Below are positions 9,074 through 17,856 of a stretch of DNA of 64,000 nucleotides, piece after piece. Positions within the stretch are counted from its first letter, which is position 1, and each line of letters starts with the position of its first letter. Source of the stretch: a virus. Lineage: Duplodnaviria; Caudoviricetes. The notes below the pieces were generated by a model. It was not told the DNA's origin and ran no database searches. It worked only from the letters and a program-made list of their open reading frames with translations. The DNA lies in the IMG/VR virus record IMGVR_UViG_2872922060_000001, positions 22,371 through 86,370 of that record; one strand, written 5' to 3'. The position numbers were made by a program, and so were the translations under genes.

Positions 9074-9698
9074 GCGGGCCGAGACGAAGCAGCTGATTGT
9101 CCACGCTCTCGCCCACGGCTCCCAGGTGCGTCAAGCCGTAGCGGCACAGGGCATCGGCTATCCGACATTCGCCCGGTGGCGGCGCTCCGACCCCGTCTTC
9201 GACGCCCAGGTCAGTGAGGCGCTACGGAACAGCGGGCGCGCCCAACATGCCGTCCGACCAACGTCCCGGTACCTGACGTCGCCGGTCGCCCGGGCAGGTA
9301 AGGCCCGGGTACTGGAGGCGCTGGTCTGGGGGGCGACTATGAACGAGGCAGCCGATGCGGCCGACGTGTCCGAGTCGACGGTCAGGGCCTGGCGGCGCGA
9401 GGACCCGGACTTCGACCGAGCTGTGTTCCGTCTATGGCGGGCTGGCCCTGAGGCAAATCGCCCTCTCCCTCTCGCCCCTGATCCTGCCTGCGCGGCGGAC
9501 GGCTGCTCCGAGACCGATCTGCACGCGCGGGGCCTGTGTGTCCGGCACTACCACCAGCAGCGGCGCACAGGACGGCTACGCCCGGCTGGCTGGGTATACG
9601 GGAGGCAGGACTGCTCGGTCGTGGGGTGCGATGAGCCGCACCGGGCACAGGGGTTTTGCGCCGCGCATTACGAGACGACGTACCGTCGCGCAACTTAA
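9060..9698 (+). CDS. Tandem HTH protein with two C-terminal Cys3His zinc fingers
   Basis: Two T...WRR.DP.FD repeats; two C....C......G.C..HY motifs. Confidence 0.7.
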   Translation: MTPAERAETKQLIVHALAHGSQVRQAVAAQGIGYPTFARWRRSDPVFDAQVSEALRNSGRAQHAVRPTSRYLTSPVARAGKARVLEALVWGATMNEAADAADVSESTVRAWRREDPDFDRAVFRLWRAGPEANRPLPLAPDPACAADGCSETDLHARGLCVRHYHQQRRTGRLRPAGWVYGRQDCSVVGCDEPHRAQGFCAAHYETTYRRAT

Positions 9699-9766
9699 GC
9701 CGGGGGAACAGCGGTCCGGATCTGGTGCACCGTGAGAGCGATCACCCCGCACGAACGGAGCCGCCC

Positions 9767-9919
9767 ATGCCCCACACCCCCGACTGGCACGCCCTCGAGG
9801 AAACCAACGAACGCGTCTGGCTCGACCAGTGGGCCCGCGGCGCCATCGACCCCCACAGCCTCCGCCCCCACCGGCCGGCGCCCGCTCCCGAGCCCGCCCT
9901 TACCGGGAGCACCCGATGA
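9767..9919 (+). CDS. Small hypothetical protein
   Basis: GGAG RBS, ATGA overlap with next ORF. Confidence 0.5.
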   Translation: MPHTPDWHALEETNERVWLDQWARGAIDPHSLRPHRPAPAPEPALTGSTR

Positions 9920-10146
9920 CCACCGCCCCTGCTCGACGCATCCCCGGCCAGCCCGTCAACGTCCACGCCCCCGCGCCCGGAGTCGGCCGGGAGACCAGCC
10001 GCGTCCCCTGCCGTCTCCCCGGCCAGGCTCGCCGAGAGTGGCCCCGCCCACCGCTCATCCACGACCACGCCCGGTTGTTCGTCGAGCCCACCTACCTCGA
10101 TGGCCAGCCCTACAGCGCGGACGATAAGGATGACACCGGGGAGTAG
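9916..10146 (+). CDS. Small hypothetical protein
   Basis: ATGA overlap, RBS. Confidence 0.5.
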   Translation: MTTAPARRIPGQPVNVHAPAPGVGRETSRVPCRLPGQARREWPRPPLIHDHARLFVEPTYLDGQPYSADDKDDTGE

Positions 10147-10188
10147 CAGGTGACCAGCCTGACGTCTGTCTGAGCCGAATCATGCGGA

Positions 10189-10212
10189 CGGCGTATACCG
10201 CGGTATACGCCG
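10189..10212. repeat. parS candidate 2 (24-bp palindrome, core 10193-10208)
   Basis: CGGCGTATACCGCGGTATACGCCG. Confidence 0.85.
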
Positions 10213-10259
10213 AGGGTCTCACCCCCGCCCCCCGCCGCCGGGAACCAGCGCCGCTGAAG

Positions 10260-10275
10260 GTATACCGCGGTATAC
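10260..10275. repeat. parS candidate 3
   Basis: GTATACCGCGGTATAC upstream of parA. Confidence 0.85.
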
Positions 10276-10388
10276 GCCCGCTGCGGTGAACCAGCAGCCC
10301 ACTCCCCGACCCCGTGTGGTCGATCTGAGAAGCTATGCCTCGTCCGAGTACCGAGCCCGCCTCGGGAAGCACACGGAAACGGAGCAGC

Positions 10389-11054
10389 ATGCCCTCCTCA
10401 GTTCTGGTCATCTCCATCGACCCACAGGGATCCACCCTCTGGTGGGCCGACCGCATCGGTGACGACCTCCCCTTCGACTTCGCCACCGCCCACGACGACC
10501 CCGACAGCCTCAGCAACCTGATCTCCCTCAAGGAATCGGGCGCGAAGGTCCACGTCGTCGCCAACCAGAAGGGCGGGGTCGGCAAGACGACGATAGTGAT
10601 GAACCTCGCCGCTACCGCCCAGGACGTCCTCAAGGCAGGCAACCAGGTACGGCACGTGTTCATCGACACCCCCGGCTCCATCGAGGACGAACGCCTCCTG
10701 ACCGCAGCCCTCGAAGTCGCCGACGACGTGATCGTGCCCCTCCCCCCGGACCCGCTCGCGTTCGACCCGACCACCCGCACCATCGAGAAGGTCATCAAGC
10801 CCCGCGGCCTCCCCTTCAAGGTCATCATCAACAACTGGGACGCCCGCGACGGCAAGACCGACATGCTCGACACCCGAGCATTCGTCACAGCGCAGGGCTG
10901 GTCCCTCGCAGAGACCGGGATCCGCCGGTACCGCATCCACACCCGCGCCCCCGCCGAAGGGAAGCTCGTCACCCACTACCCCGACAGCGGTACCACCCTC
11001 AGAGCCCGCCAGGACTTCCTCAAGCTCGCCCTCGAGCTGGGCTACGGGGGCTGA
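10389..11054 (+). CDS. parA: ParA partition ATPase with permuted motif order
   Basis: NQKGGVGKTT (deviant Walker A), IDPQGS (A'), FIDTPG (Walker B); adjacent to parB. Confidence 0.9.
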   Translation: MPSSVLVISIDPQGSTLWWADRIGDDLPFDFATAHDDPDSLSNLISLKESGAKVHVVANQKGGVGKTTIVMNLAATAQDVLKAGNQVRHVFIDTPGSIEDERLLTAALEVADDVIVPLPPDPLAFDPTTRTIEKVIKPRGLPFKVIINNWDARDGKTDMLDTRAFVTAQGWSLAETGIRRYRIHTRAPAEGKLVTHYPDSGTTLRARQDFLKLALELGYGG

Positions 11055-11056
11055 CC

Positions 11057-12082
11057 GTGGCAGGAAAGCGCGTATCCCTGGCCTCCCTCGCCGGGGCCCC
11101 TGTCGAGACCGTGCCCGGCGCCTCACGCCCCGACCTGATCCACGTCCCCCCGAGCACCGTCGCCCCTACCCCCCTCAACCCGCGGCGCGCCTTCGACGAG
11201 ACCGAGCTGGCCGAACTCGGCGAAGACATGCGAGGAGGACAGCTCCAGCCGTGCGTGGCCGTGAACAAGGCCGCCTACCTGAAGCTGTACCCCGAGCACG
11301 CCGACCAGCTGCCCGCTGGTTGCCGGTACGTCATGGCCGCCGGCGAACGCCGCTGGCGCGCCGCCGTCAAGGTCGGCCTCGAGCACCTCGACCTGCTGCT
11401 GCGGCACGACCTCACCGAATCCCGCGTCCGGTTCCTCGCCGCGGTGTTGTCGGAGAACGTGCAGCGCGCCAACTTCAATCCCATCGAGGAAGCCGACGGC
11501 CTGCGTGCCATGCTCGACCTCCACGACGGCAACCAAGCCGCGGCAGCGCGAGCCATGGGCAAGTCGAAGCAGTGGTTCAACCAGCGCATCGGCCTGCTGC
11601 GGCTGACGGATCAGATGGTGCAGCTGGTCCTCGAAGGGAAACTGACTGCGTTCCGCGAGATGCGCCGGTACGCGGCTATGCCGCCGGAGGAGCAGTATGC
11701 AGCGTGGCAGGCGGACCAAGAGCAGCCGCGTCCGCCCAAGCAGCCATCCGTCGAGTTGAACCCGGGGAAGATTGCTGGCACCGTTCAGCAGCAGCAGGCG
11801 TATACCGCGGTATACCCGCCCGCCGACACAGCCGCCGCAGCCTCACCGGCACCGGTCCCAAGCCAGCCAGAGGCCACAGCAGCAGCGGAACGCATCCCCG
11901 AATCACGGACCGCCATTCAGGCGGACACGCCAGCGGCCCAGCCATCAGCGAGACGATTCCCCTACGACGATGGCCTGTCCGCGGGACAACTCCTGATCCA
12001 TAAGATGCCGCCGGCGGAGCTGGAGAAGGTGACCGACATGCTCATTGCTCACCGGGAGAAGCAGACCGCTGGCGTCAGCTGA
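11057..12082 (+). CDS. parB: ParB CTPase-type partition protein
   Basis: NPRR.F, AGERRWRA, ENVQR..NPIEEA, HTH. Confidence 0.92.
   Translation: MAGKRVSLASLAGAPVETVPGASRPDLIHVPPSTVAPTPLNPRRAFDETELAELGEDMRGGQLQPCVAVNKAAYLKLYPEHADQLPAGCRYVMAAGERRWRAAVKVGLEHLDLLLRHDLTESRVRFLAAVLSENVQRANFNPIEEADGLRAMLDLHDGNQAAAARAMGKSKQWFNQRIGLLRLTDQMVQLVLEGKLTAFREMRRYAAMPPEEQYAAWQADQEQPRPPKQPSVELNPGKIAGTVQQQQAYTAVYPPADTAAAASPAPVPSQPEATAAAERIPESRTAIQADTPAAQPSARRFPYDDGLSAGQLLIHKMPPAELEKVTDMLIAHREKQTAGVS
11800..11815. repeat. parS candidate 4, inside parB
   Basis: GTATACCGCGGTATAC. Confidence 0.8.
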
Positions 12083-12095
12083 ACCTGCCGCGTCT

Positions 12096-12129
12096 GGCCC
12101 CGCCGTCGTTGTCTGACGATGGCGGGGCC
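12096..12129 (+). terminator. Intrinsic terminator-like hairpin after parB
   Basis: GGCCCCGCCGTCGT...ACGATGGCGGGGCC. Confidence 0.6.
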
Positions 12130-12705
12130 CCTTCGTGCGTGAGGCACTGTCGCGGTGCCCAGCAGCGGCCCCCGCGCCTGACCGAACGCAACACGGCTCT
12201 ACCCCGTGACGAGATCCACGGATAGACTCGCGTCATCTGACGGGCATGCGCTCGTGAGGTCTCAAGCCCCCACACCAGGGAACCGGGCGTTGTCGGCAAC
12301 ACCGCCCCACTCCTGATGCTGGGGGCGTCCGCATTTCCAGGGCACACACCACCGCTAGACACCAGTGAGTAACGGATCGCGCCATCTCCGTCACGGAATC
12401 AGTCACGGGCTGGTGAAAAGTCGACCCGACGTTACCCACCCAAGGAAAACGATGCCACAGTAGGCATCCCCTCAATGTGGACTGGCAGCCACCCAGGGGG
12501 CGCAGGCCCGTCACCCGACCACTGGCGGGCAGGCGGACCTTCCCACATCTGCCGGAGGAGCGGAGACGCCCCCATGCCCGCAGCGGAGCCGGCCGACCCC
12601 ACACCGCCCACGAACCCCCTCAACGCGATCGAGGGCGCGGCCGTGATCCCCATCCATGCGCGCCGCACGGGACGCGGCGCCCCCAATCACAGGGGGTGGA
12701 ACCCC

Positions 12706-12978
12706 ATGGACACTCCCACCACCCCGGACCCGTCCGACAGGTCCGGCAGCCGGTACGACGACGCCCTGGCCCTGGTCGCCGACGACATGGAAAAAGCGTT
12801 CAACGCCATCGGCCGCAGCCTCACCAACGACGAGACCGCGGCCGTGTACGCGCGCACCCTGGCCCTCGTGGCGCACACACTGCGCGGCGCCGCCGCCACC
12901 GGCATCGTCACCGAGCAGCAGCGGGAGGCGCTCGCCGAGCTGATCGACGGCATGGCGCAGGCGCCCCGGTTTGTGTAA
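12706..12978 (+). CDS. Small helical hypothetical protein
   Basis: RBS, codon bias. Confidence 0.6.
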   Translation: MDTPTTPDPSDRSGSRYDDALALVADDMEKAFNAIGRSLTNDETAAVYARTLALVAHTLRGAAATGIVTEQQREALAELIDGMAQAPRFV

Positions 12979-13223
12979 CCGCCGCGCCCCCAGGGGAGTT
13001 TGCGCATATGCCGGGGATTCGTGCCATTCGCCCGGCAGGGCTTGACACAGGTCCGCAACAGAGCGTTGATCCTTTCTGACGAAGCGTTCACCGATAGGCG
13101 CGCACATGCCATCATGAGGCGTCCGGAACACCCGGAGTAACAACTTCGGCCTCCGGCGCGCGCCCCTGCACTTTGCTGTACGGACGTCCCGCGCCCCTGG
13201 AGGCCGCACAGGGGACGGGGACA

Positions 13224-13784
13224 ATGCCCATGACAGATGGGGACAACACGAACACCACGCAGGACACCGCAGCCAAGAGGCTGCGCGATCTGCACGACTA
13301 CTACCTGAAGCACCCCGTCACCGGCCCCACGGCAAGACGCGCCCCCACCACCAGCGCCTCCGCGCCGCTCAGTCTCGCCACCCTGGACCACATCCAGTCC
13401 TCCGTCCGTGAAGTCGCGGAGCAGACTCTCGCCGCCAACCCTGACGCCGGCCGCGCTCCGTCCCGCGCGGACGCCGTCTACGACTGGTGCCGCCAGCAGA
13501 CCGAGCACGCCGACGAGATCGCCCAGCAGCGACTGGAGAGCATCGAGTACCGGCACTACCTCGAGCACGCCATCCGAGCCGGCGACACGAAAGTTGTCCG
13601 CAGGCACCGCTGCCCGAGCTGCGGGACCGCCGGCTTGCTGTGGCAGCAGGCCATGGGTCGCGCCACCTGCGTCAACCTGCACTGCGCCCGCCGCAACGGC
13701 GGACTGTCCAGGTCCTGGACGCTGGCCTACCTCGCCTACGAGCACGTCGCAGCGAACGCGTCTTTGAAGGAGTGCGCAACCTGA
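13224..13784 (+). CDS. Zinc-ribbon hypothetical protein
   Basis: CPSC..CVNLHC; TTGACA promoter-like element near 13042. Confidence 0.7.
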   Translation: MPMTDGDNTNTTQDTAAKRLRDLHDYYLKHPVTGPTARRAPTTSASAPLSLATLDHIQSSVREVAEQTLAANPDAGRAPSRADAVYDWCRQQTEHADEIAQQRLESIEYRHYLEHAIRAGDTKVVRRHRCPSCGTAGLLWQQAMGRATCVNLHCARRNGGLSRSWTLAYLAYEHVAANASLKECAT

Positions 13785-13920
13785 ACCGGGGTACGGGAGT
13801 CGTACTCAGCGCCACGGACAACTCAACACCGTTTCACCACAACCGGATTGGCACAGTCCACCCCCGTTTGTCGACCGCCGGAGCTGCGAACGATGGTCGA
13901 GTCGATCAATGGGAGGCCCC

Positions 13921-14184
13921 ATGGCCATCACCACCCTCGCCCCAGCCGACTACAGCCCCGCACCCATCGCTGACCCCGTCACGTACAAGGAAGCAGCCTT
14001 GCTGTTCATGGAAACCGGATACCCGGAGTTCCAGAGCAACCTGAAGACGGTGGTGCGCAAGCTGACGCGGTGGGGAACGCAAGACGGGCTGCGTACTGAA
14101 AGACGCGGCGGGGTCGATCACGTCTCCTTCAGTGACCTCCTGGAGGCGCACGCTCGCCGGCACCCTTCACCAGGAAGGCCCTGA
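13921..14184 (+). CDS. Small winged-HTH (excisionase/MerR-like) protein
   Basis: VTYKEAA..KLTRW...GLRTER; GGGAGG RBS. Confidence 0.6.
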   Translation: MAITTLAPADYSPAPIADPVTYKEAALLFMETGYPEFQSNLKTVVRKLTRWGTQDGLRTERRGGVDHVSFSDLLEAHARRHPSPGRP

Positions 14185-14273
14185 CCGGCTCACCGCCCGG
14201 TCCCCCGCCTACTCTTCGAGGCCCCGCCTCCCTGCACCGGGACGCGGGGCCTTCGTGTGTCCGCTCGAAAACA

Positions 14274-14315
14274 ACCGCGCTACGCATTGCGATGCAATGC
14301 ATAGCGCGGTACGGT
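14274..14315 (+). promoter_or_regulatory. Operator/promoter copy 1
   Basis: Inverted repeat ACCGCGCTACGCATTGC-GAT-GCAATGCATAGCGCGGT; TTGCGA-N17-TACGGT. Confidence 0.75.
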
Positions 14316-14386
14316 GAGTGTGTTGATAGGGAACCGCCCCACACCAGGGCCAATCCACCCCTAGCCTTCCCCTCCCTGGAGCCACC

Positions 14387-14719
14387 GTGGCCGTGATGAC
14401 GCATGCCCCCGCACGCCCCGAAGCCGACTACCGCGCCCTCCCCGGGCCCGTCCAGGACGCCTTCACCGCGCTCATGGAGCAGGCAGACACGGCTGGCACC
14501 ACCGACCACTTCCTCACCCTCATGGCCCGAGCCGCCAGCCTCATCGGCATGCCGCTCCCGCCCAGCGGTGACATACGGCGCTGCGCCTGCTCCTGCGTCT
14601 GCGGCTGCATCTTCGACGCCGAGGACCCCGGCGCGCACGTCATCGAGCACGGCGAGGGCTACAACCTCGGCCGCGTCCAGTGCCCCACCTGCGCCGACTG
14701 GCACCCCGAAACCGCCTGA
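14387..14719 (+). CDS. Cys-rich zinc-binding hypothetical protein
   Basis: CACSCVCGC..CPTC; RBS. Confidence 0.65.
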   Translation: MAVMTHAPARPEADYRALPGPVQDAFTALMEQADTAGTTDHFLTLMARAASLIGMPLPPSGDIRRCACSCVCGCIFDAEDPGAHVIEHGEGYNLGRVQCPTCADWHPETA

Positions 14720-14732
14720 AGGGAGTCTCGAC

Positions 14733-14894
14733 ATGAGCCAGCAGACCGACGCTGACACCACCGACCATCGCTTCGTAGTGCGCGAGCTCGGCCCTCGCTG
14801 CTTCGTCGTGGACGACACCATCACCGCGCTCAGCTACGACATGCGCTTCACCCGTGAGGCCGCGCAGCGAGCAGCCGACCGTCGCAACGCCTGA
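14733..14894 (+). CDS. Small hypothetical protein
   Basis: GGGAG RBS. Confidence 0.55.
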   Translation: MSQQTDADTTDHRFVVRELGPRCFVVDDTITALSYDMRFTREAAQRAADRRNA

Positions 14895-14966
14895 CCCACC
14901 GCAGACCTCCCGGCGGCGCGTGAAGCCCACACCGCGCCGCCGGGCCACCAACCCCAGGAGGACCAC

Positions 14967-15389
14967 ATGGCCACCACCGCCATGAACCTGCACGTGATGG
15001 CCGCCTACGTGAACCTCTACGGCGTCCACACCGGCGACCAGTTCGCAGCCCCCGACGACCAACTGGACATCTGCGCCATCGCCTACGTCGTCGCCGAAGA
15101 CCGCCCCGCCCCGCCCGAGTTCTACACCGACGAAATCGCCTCGATTCGCCTCATCGAGTCCAGCGCCCGCGCCATGGCCGCCATCCGCGCCATCTCCGAC
15201 ACCCTCGACAGCGACCCCTGCGAAACCGAAATCGCCCCCGGCCACACCATCCCCGACTACATCGAGCACGTCTCCAACTGGGCCGCCACCCCGCCCATCG
15301 GCGCCACCAAGCCGCCGTCCACCAGCGAAGTCATCGGCCGCATCCTCCGCGCCGCCCAGGCCCTCGGCACCCAGACCACCGCCGCCTGA
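14967..15389 (+). CDS. DUF6197-like protein
   Basis: G.HTGD.F....LDICAIAY..HVSNW..EVIG pattern; AGGAGG RBS. Confidence 0.6.
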   Translation: MATTAMNLHVMAAYVNLYGVHTGDQFAAPDDQLDICAIAYVVAEDRPAPPEFYTDEIASIRLIESSARAMAAIRAISDTLDSDPCETEIAPGHTIPDYIEHVSNWAATPPIGATKPPSTSEVIGRILRAAQALGTQTTAA

Positions 15390-15400
15390 AAGGCCCCGCC

Positions 15401-15598
15401 ATGACCATGAACTCCTACGAGGACGGCTACACCGACGGCGAACTCGCCGCCATCACCCACCTCCCCTCCCGCCGCGTCCACGCCCGCGCCGCCATGGCCG
15501 ACCAGTACGACTTCCTGTACGCGCAGGGCCTCATCGACGGCTACCTCCACGCCATCGCCGTCAACGCCGCCCTCACCGACAAGCAGCGGACCACCTGA
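15401..15598 (+). CDS. Small hypothetical protein
   Basis: Y..GY..G repeats; RBS. Confidence 0.6.
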   Translation: MTMNSYEDGYTDGELAAITHLPSRRVHARAAMADQYDFLYAQGLIDGYLHAIAVNAALTDKQRTT

Positions 15599-15673
15599 AT
15601 CCATCACCCCCCCCACGCCGAGCACCGGAGCACCACCCGACCCCAGCACACCCCCGCAGGACGGAGACCCACC

Positions 15674-16129
15674 ATGGCCGCCACCCACCAAACCGCACCC
15701 ACGCCCACAGCGGCCACCCCCACCCACAAACCCCCACTCCCCACCCGACGCCGCAACTTCGTCGGCCCCTACACCCCCGCCGAACAGGCCACCCTCCTCG
15801 CTGTCCTCGCCAGCGCCAAAGCAGCCCTCCCCGTCTCCTTCCGCGCCTGGAACGGCCCCCGAGCCCTCCTCAACGACGGCACCCTCCTCACCCACACCCC
15901 CACCGCAGCCATCACCACCCAGAACCCCACCTTCATCGCCCACATCCCCTGCTCCCACGGCGCCACCCACGCCTACCTCATCCACACCGCCCACGACCTC
16001 GCCGCCGCCCGCGCCACCACCCGCACCTGCACCACCCCCCACCGCCCACAGCAGCCCACCGAGCACGCCACCGCCGGCCCCACCACCCACGCCGACACCG
16101 ACCAGCCGAAGGAGCACCCCCAACCGTGA
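15674..16129 (+). CDS. Hypothetical protein
   Basis: RBS, GTGA overlap with exonuclease gene. Confidence 0.6.
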   Translation: MAATHQTAPTPTAATPTHKPPLPTRRRNFVGPYTPAEQATLLAVLASAKAALPVSFRAWNGPRALLNDGTLLTHTPTAAITTQNPTFIAHIPCSHGATHAYLIHTAHDLAAARATTRTCTTPHRPQQPTEHATAGPTTHADTDQPKEHPQP

Positions 16130-16755
16130 CCACCATCGCCTTCGTCGACATCGAGACCACCGGCCTCGACCCCATCCGTCACGAACCCTGGGAAATCGCC
16201 GTCATCCGCCGGGAACCGGACGGAACCGAAACCGAGCACCTGTGGCAACTCCGACCCAGCACCGCCCACCTACAGCACGCTGCCGACCCGGAAGCACTGC
16301 GCATCGGCCGCTACCACGAACGCGCCGCCGTCCCCACCGACGCCACCGCCGCAGACATGCTCGCCCCCAACGGCCCCGCCCCGCTCGCCGTCCTCGACGT
16401 GACCCGGCAGATCTTCCAAGCCCTACGCGGAACGGTCATGGTCGGCTCCAACCCAGCCTTCGACGCTGCCTTCCTGCACCGAATGCTCCAGCTCCCACAG
16501 CCGCCGTGGCACTACCGCGTCATCGACACCGCGACGCTCGCCGCCGGCTTCCGCCTCGGACAGGCCGCCAGCGGCGCCTACGGGGGAGACTTCCTGTTCC
16601 CCAGCGACTTCCCCTCCCTGCCGTTCTCCTCCCGCGCCCTGTCCCGCGCAGTCGGCGTCGAACCGCCCGGCGACGGCGTGGCACACACCGCCCTCGGAGA
16701 CGCCCGCTGGGCCCGCGACTTCTACGACGCCATCACCCACTCCAACCCCGCATGA
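16126..16755 (+). CDS. DEDDh 3'-5' exonuclease
   Basis: DIETTG, GSNPAFD, HTALGDA. Confidence 0.9.
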   Translation: MTTIAFVDIETTGLDPIRHEPWEIAVIRREPDGTETEHLWQLRPSTAHLQHAADPEALRIGRYHERAAVPTDATAADMLAPNGPAPLAVLDVTRQIFQALRGTVMVGSNPAFDAAFLHRMLQLPQPPWHYRVIDTATLAAGFRLGQAASGAYGGDFLFPSDFPSLPFSSRALSRAVGVEPPGDGVAHTALGDARWARDFYDAITHSNPA

Positions 16756-16864
16756 ACGCCTACCTCGCCGGCTGCCTCGCCATCCGCCTAGGGCACCAGC
16801 CCGGCTACGCCACCCACCTCCGCACCGGCCGCTACGGCCCCACACCCGTCCAGGAGATCCCAAC

Positions 16865-17410
16865 GTGACCCTCACCGCCCCCGACCCTGCACCGCAGGCC
16901 CTCACCCCTCCCGTCGTCATCGGCATCGACCCCAGCCTCACCGGCACCGGCATCGCCAGCAGCGACGGCTGGGTCAACGTCATCGGCTACAAGCGGCCCC
17001 GAGCCAAAGACCCCGGCATCACCCAACTGCCGCACCCCGAACGCATCCGCGCCATGCGCAAGCTCGTCCTCCAGGTCATCGAGGCATTCCACCTCCCCGA
17101 CCTTGTCGTGATGGAACTCCCCGCCGTGTCACGCAGCGGAGGAGGGGCCCACGAACGCGGCTGGTTCTGGTGGCAGCTCTACAGCGAGCTCACCCGCTAC
17201 GGAGTCCCCACTGCCCTCATGGCCCCCAACGCCCGCGCCCTCTACGCCACCGGAAAAGGCAACGCCGCCAAGGGAGCCGTCATCGACGCCGTCACCCTCA
17301 TGGCCGCCGGCCGCGACTGGCTCGGACACCCCATCACCGACCTCCCCAAGACCCACCGGGCCGCCCTCGACAAGGCGACCTGGCCAACCCTTCCCGGAGA
17401 CCCCCGATGA
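16865..17410 (+). CDS. RuvC-like Holliday junction resolvase with an apparent in-frame deletion
   Basis: IGIDPSLTGTG, VVME, ATGKGNA.K; C-terminal D..AD catalytic segment absent. Confidence 0.75.
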   Translation: MTLTAPDPAPQALTPPVVIGIDPSLTGTGIASSDGWVNVIGYKRPRAKDPGITQLPHPERIRAMRKLVLQVIEAFHLPDLVVMELPAVSRSGGGAHERGWFWWQLYSELTRYGVPTALMAPNARALYATGKGNAAKGAVIDAVTLMAAGRDWLGHPITDLPKTHRAALDKATWPTLPGDPR

Positions 17411-17856
17411 GCACCAGCACACGCCGCCCCACAACGATCGCCGCGCCCACCACCTGGATGGAATACGGGAGCTGCCGGGAAACCGACCCCAACCTGTTCT
17501 TTCCCGAAGGTCGCGGTGCCGCAATCACCATCCAGACCGCACAGGCCAAGGCGGTGTGCCGAAACTGCCCCGTCCGCTCCCTGTGCCTGGAGTGGGCGTT
17601 GGACACCGGACAGAGCACCGGCGTGTGGGGTGGCCTGTCCGAGGACGAGCGGCGTGACCTGGCTCGGGTGCCGGAGCCGTCGATGGACCGGTGCCTGAAC
17701 GCGCAGGCGTGGATCGAGGAGCAGCTGGCCGTCGGCCGGGGGCAGAGGGAGATCGCGCGGGAGCTGGGGGTGGACCCGGGCGTGCTGGGCCGGGCCATCA
17801 AGCGGTTCCGTGACGAGCAGGCCCTGGACACGGCCGCGGAGGAGGTGGCGGCATGA
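17407..17856 (+). CDS. WhiB-family regulator with C-terminal HTH
   Basis: C...DP.LFFP, C.NCPV...C, GVWGGLSE.ERR. Confidence 0.92.
   Translation: MSTSTRRPTTIAAPTTWMEYGSCRETDPNLFFPEGRGAAITIQTAQAKAVCRNCPVRSLCLEWALDTGQSTGVWGGLSEDERRDLARVPEPSMDRCLNAQAWIEEQLAVGRGQREIARELGVDPGVLGRAIKRFRDEQALDTAAEEVAA

Noticed and set aside
7472-11815. Palindromic repeats as a CRISPR array
   Set aside because: Irregular spacing up to kilobases, no spacers, no cas genes; parS fits better.
15600-16125. C/A-rich tract as a telomere-like or simple repeat
   Set aside because: No periodic unit; it encodes a Thr/Pro/His-rich ORF with RBS and overlap.
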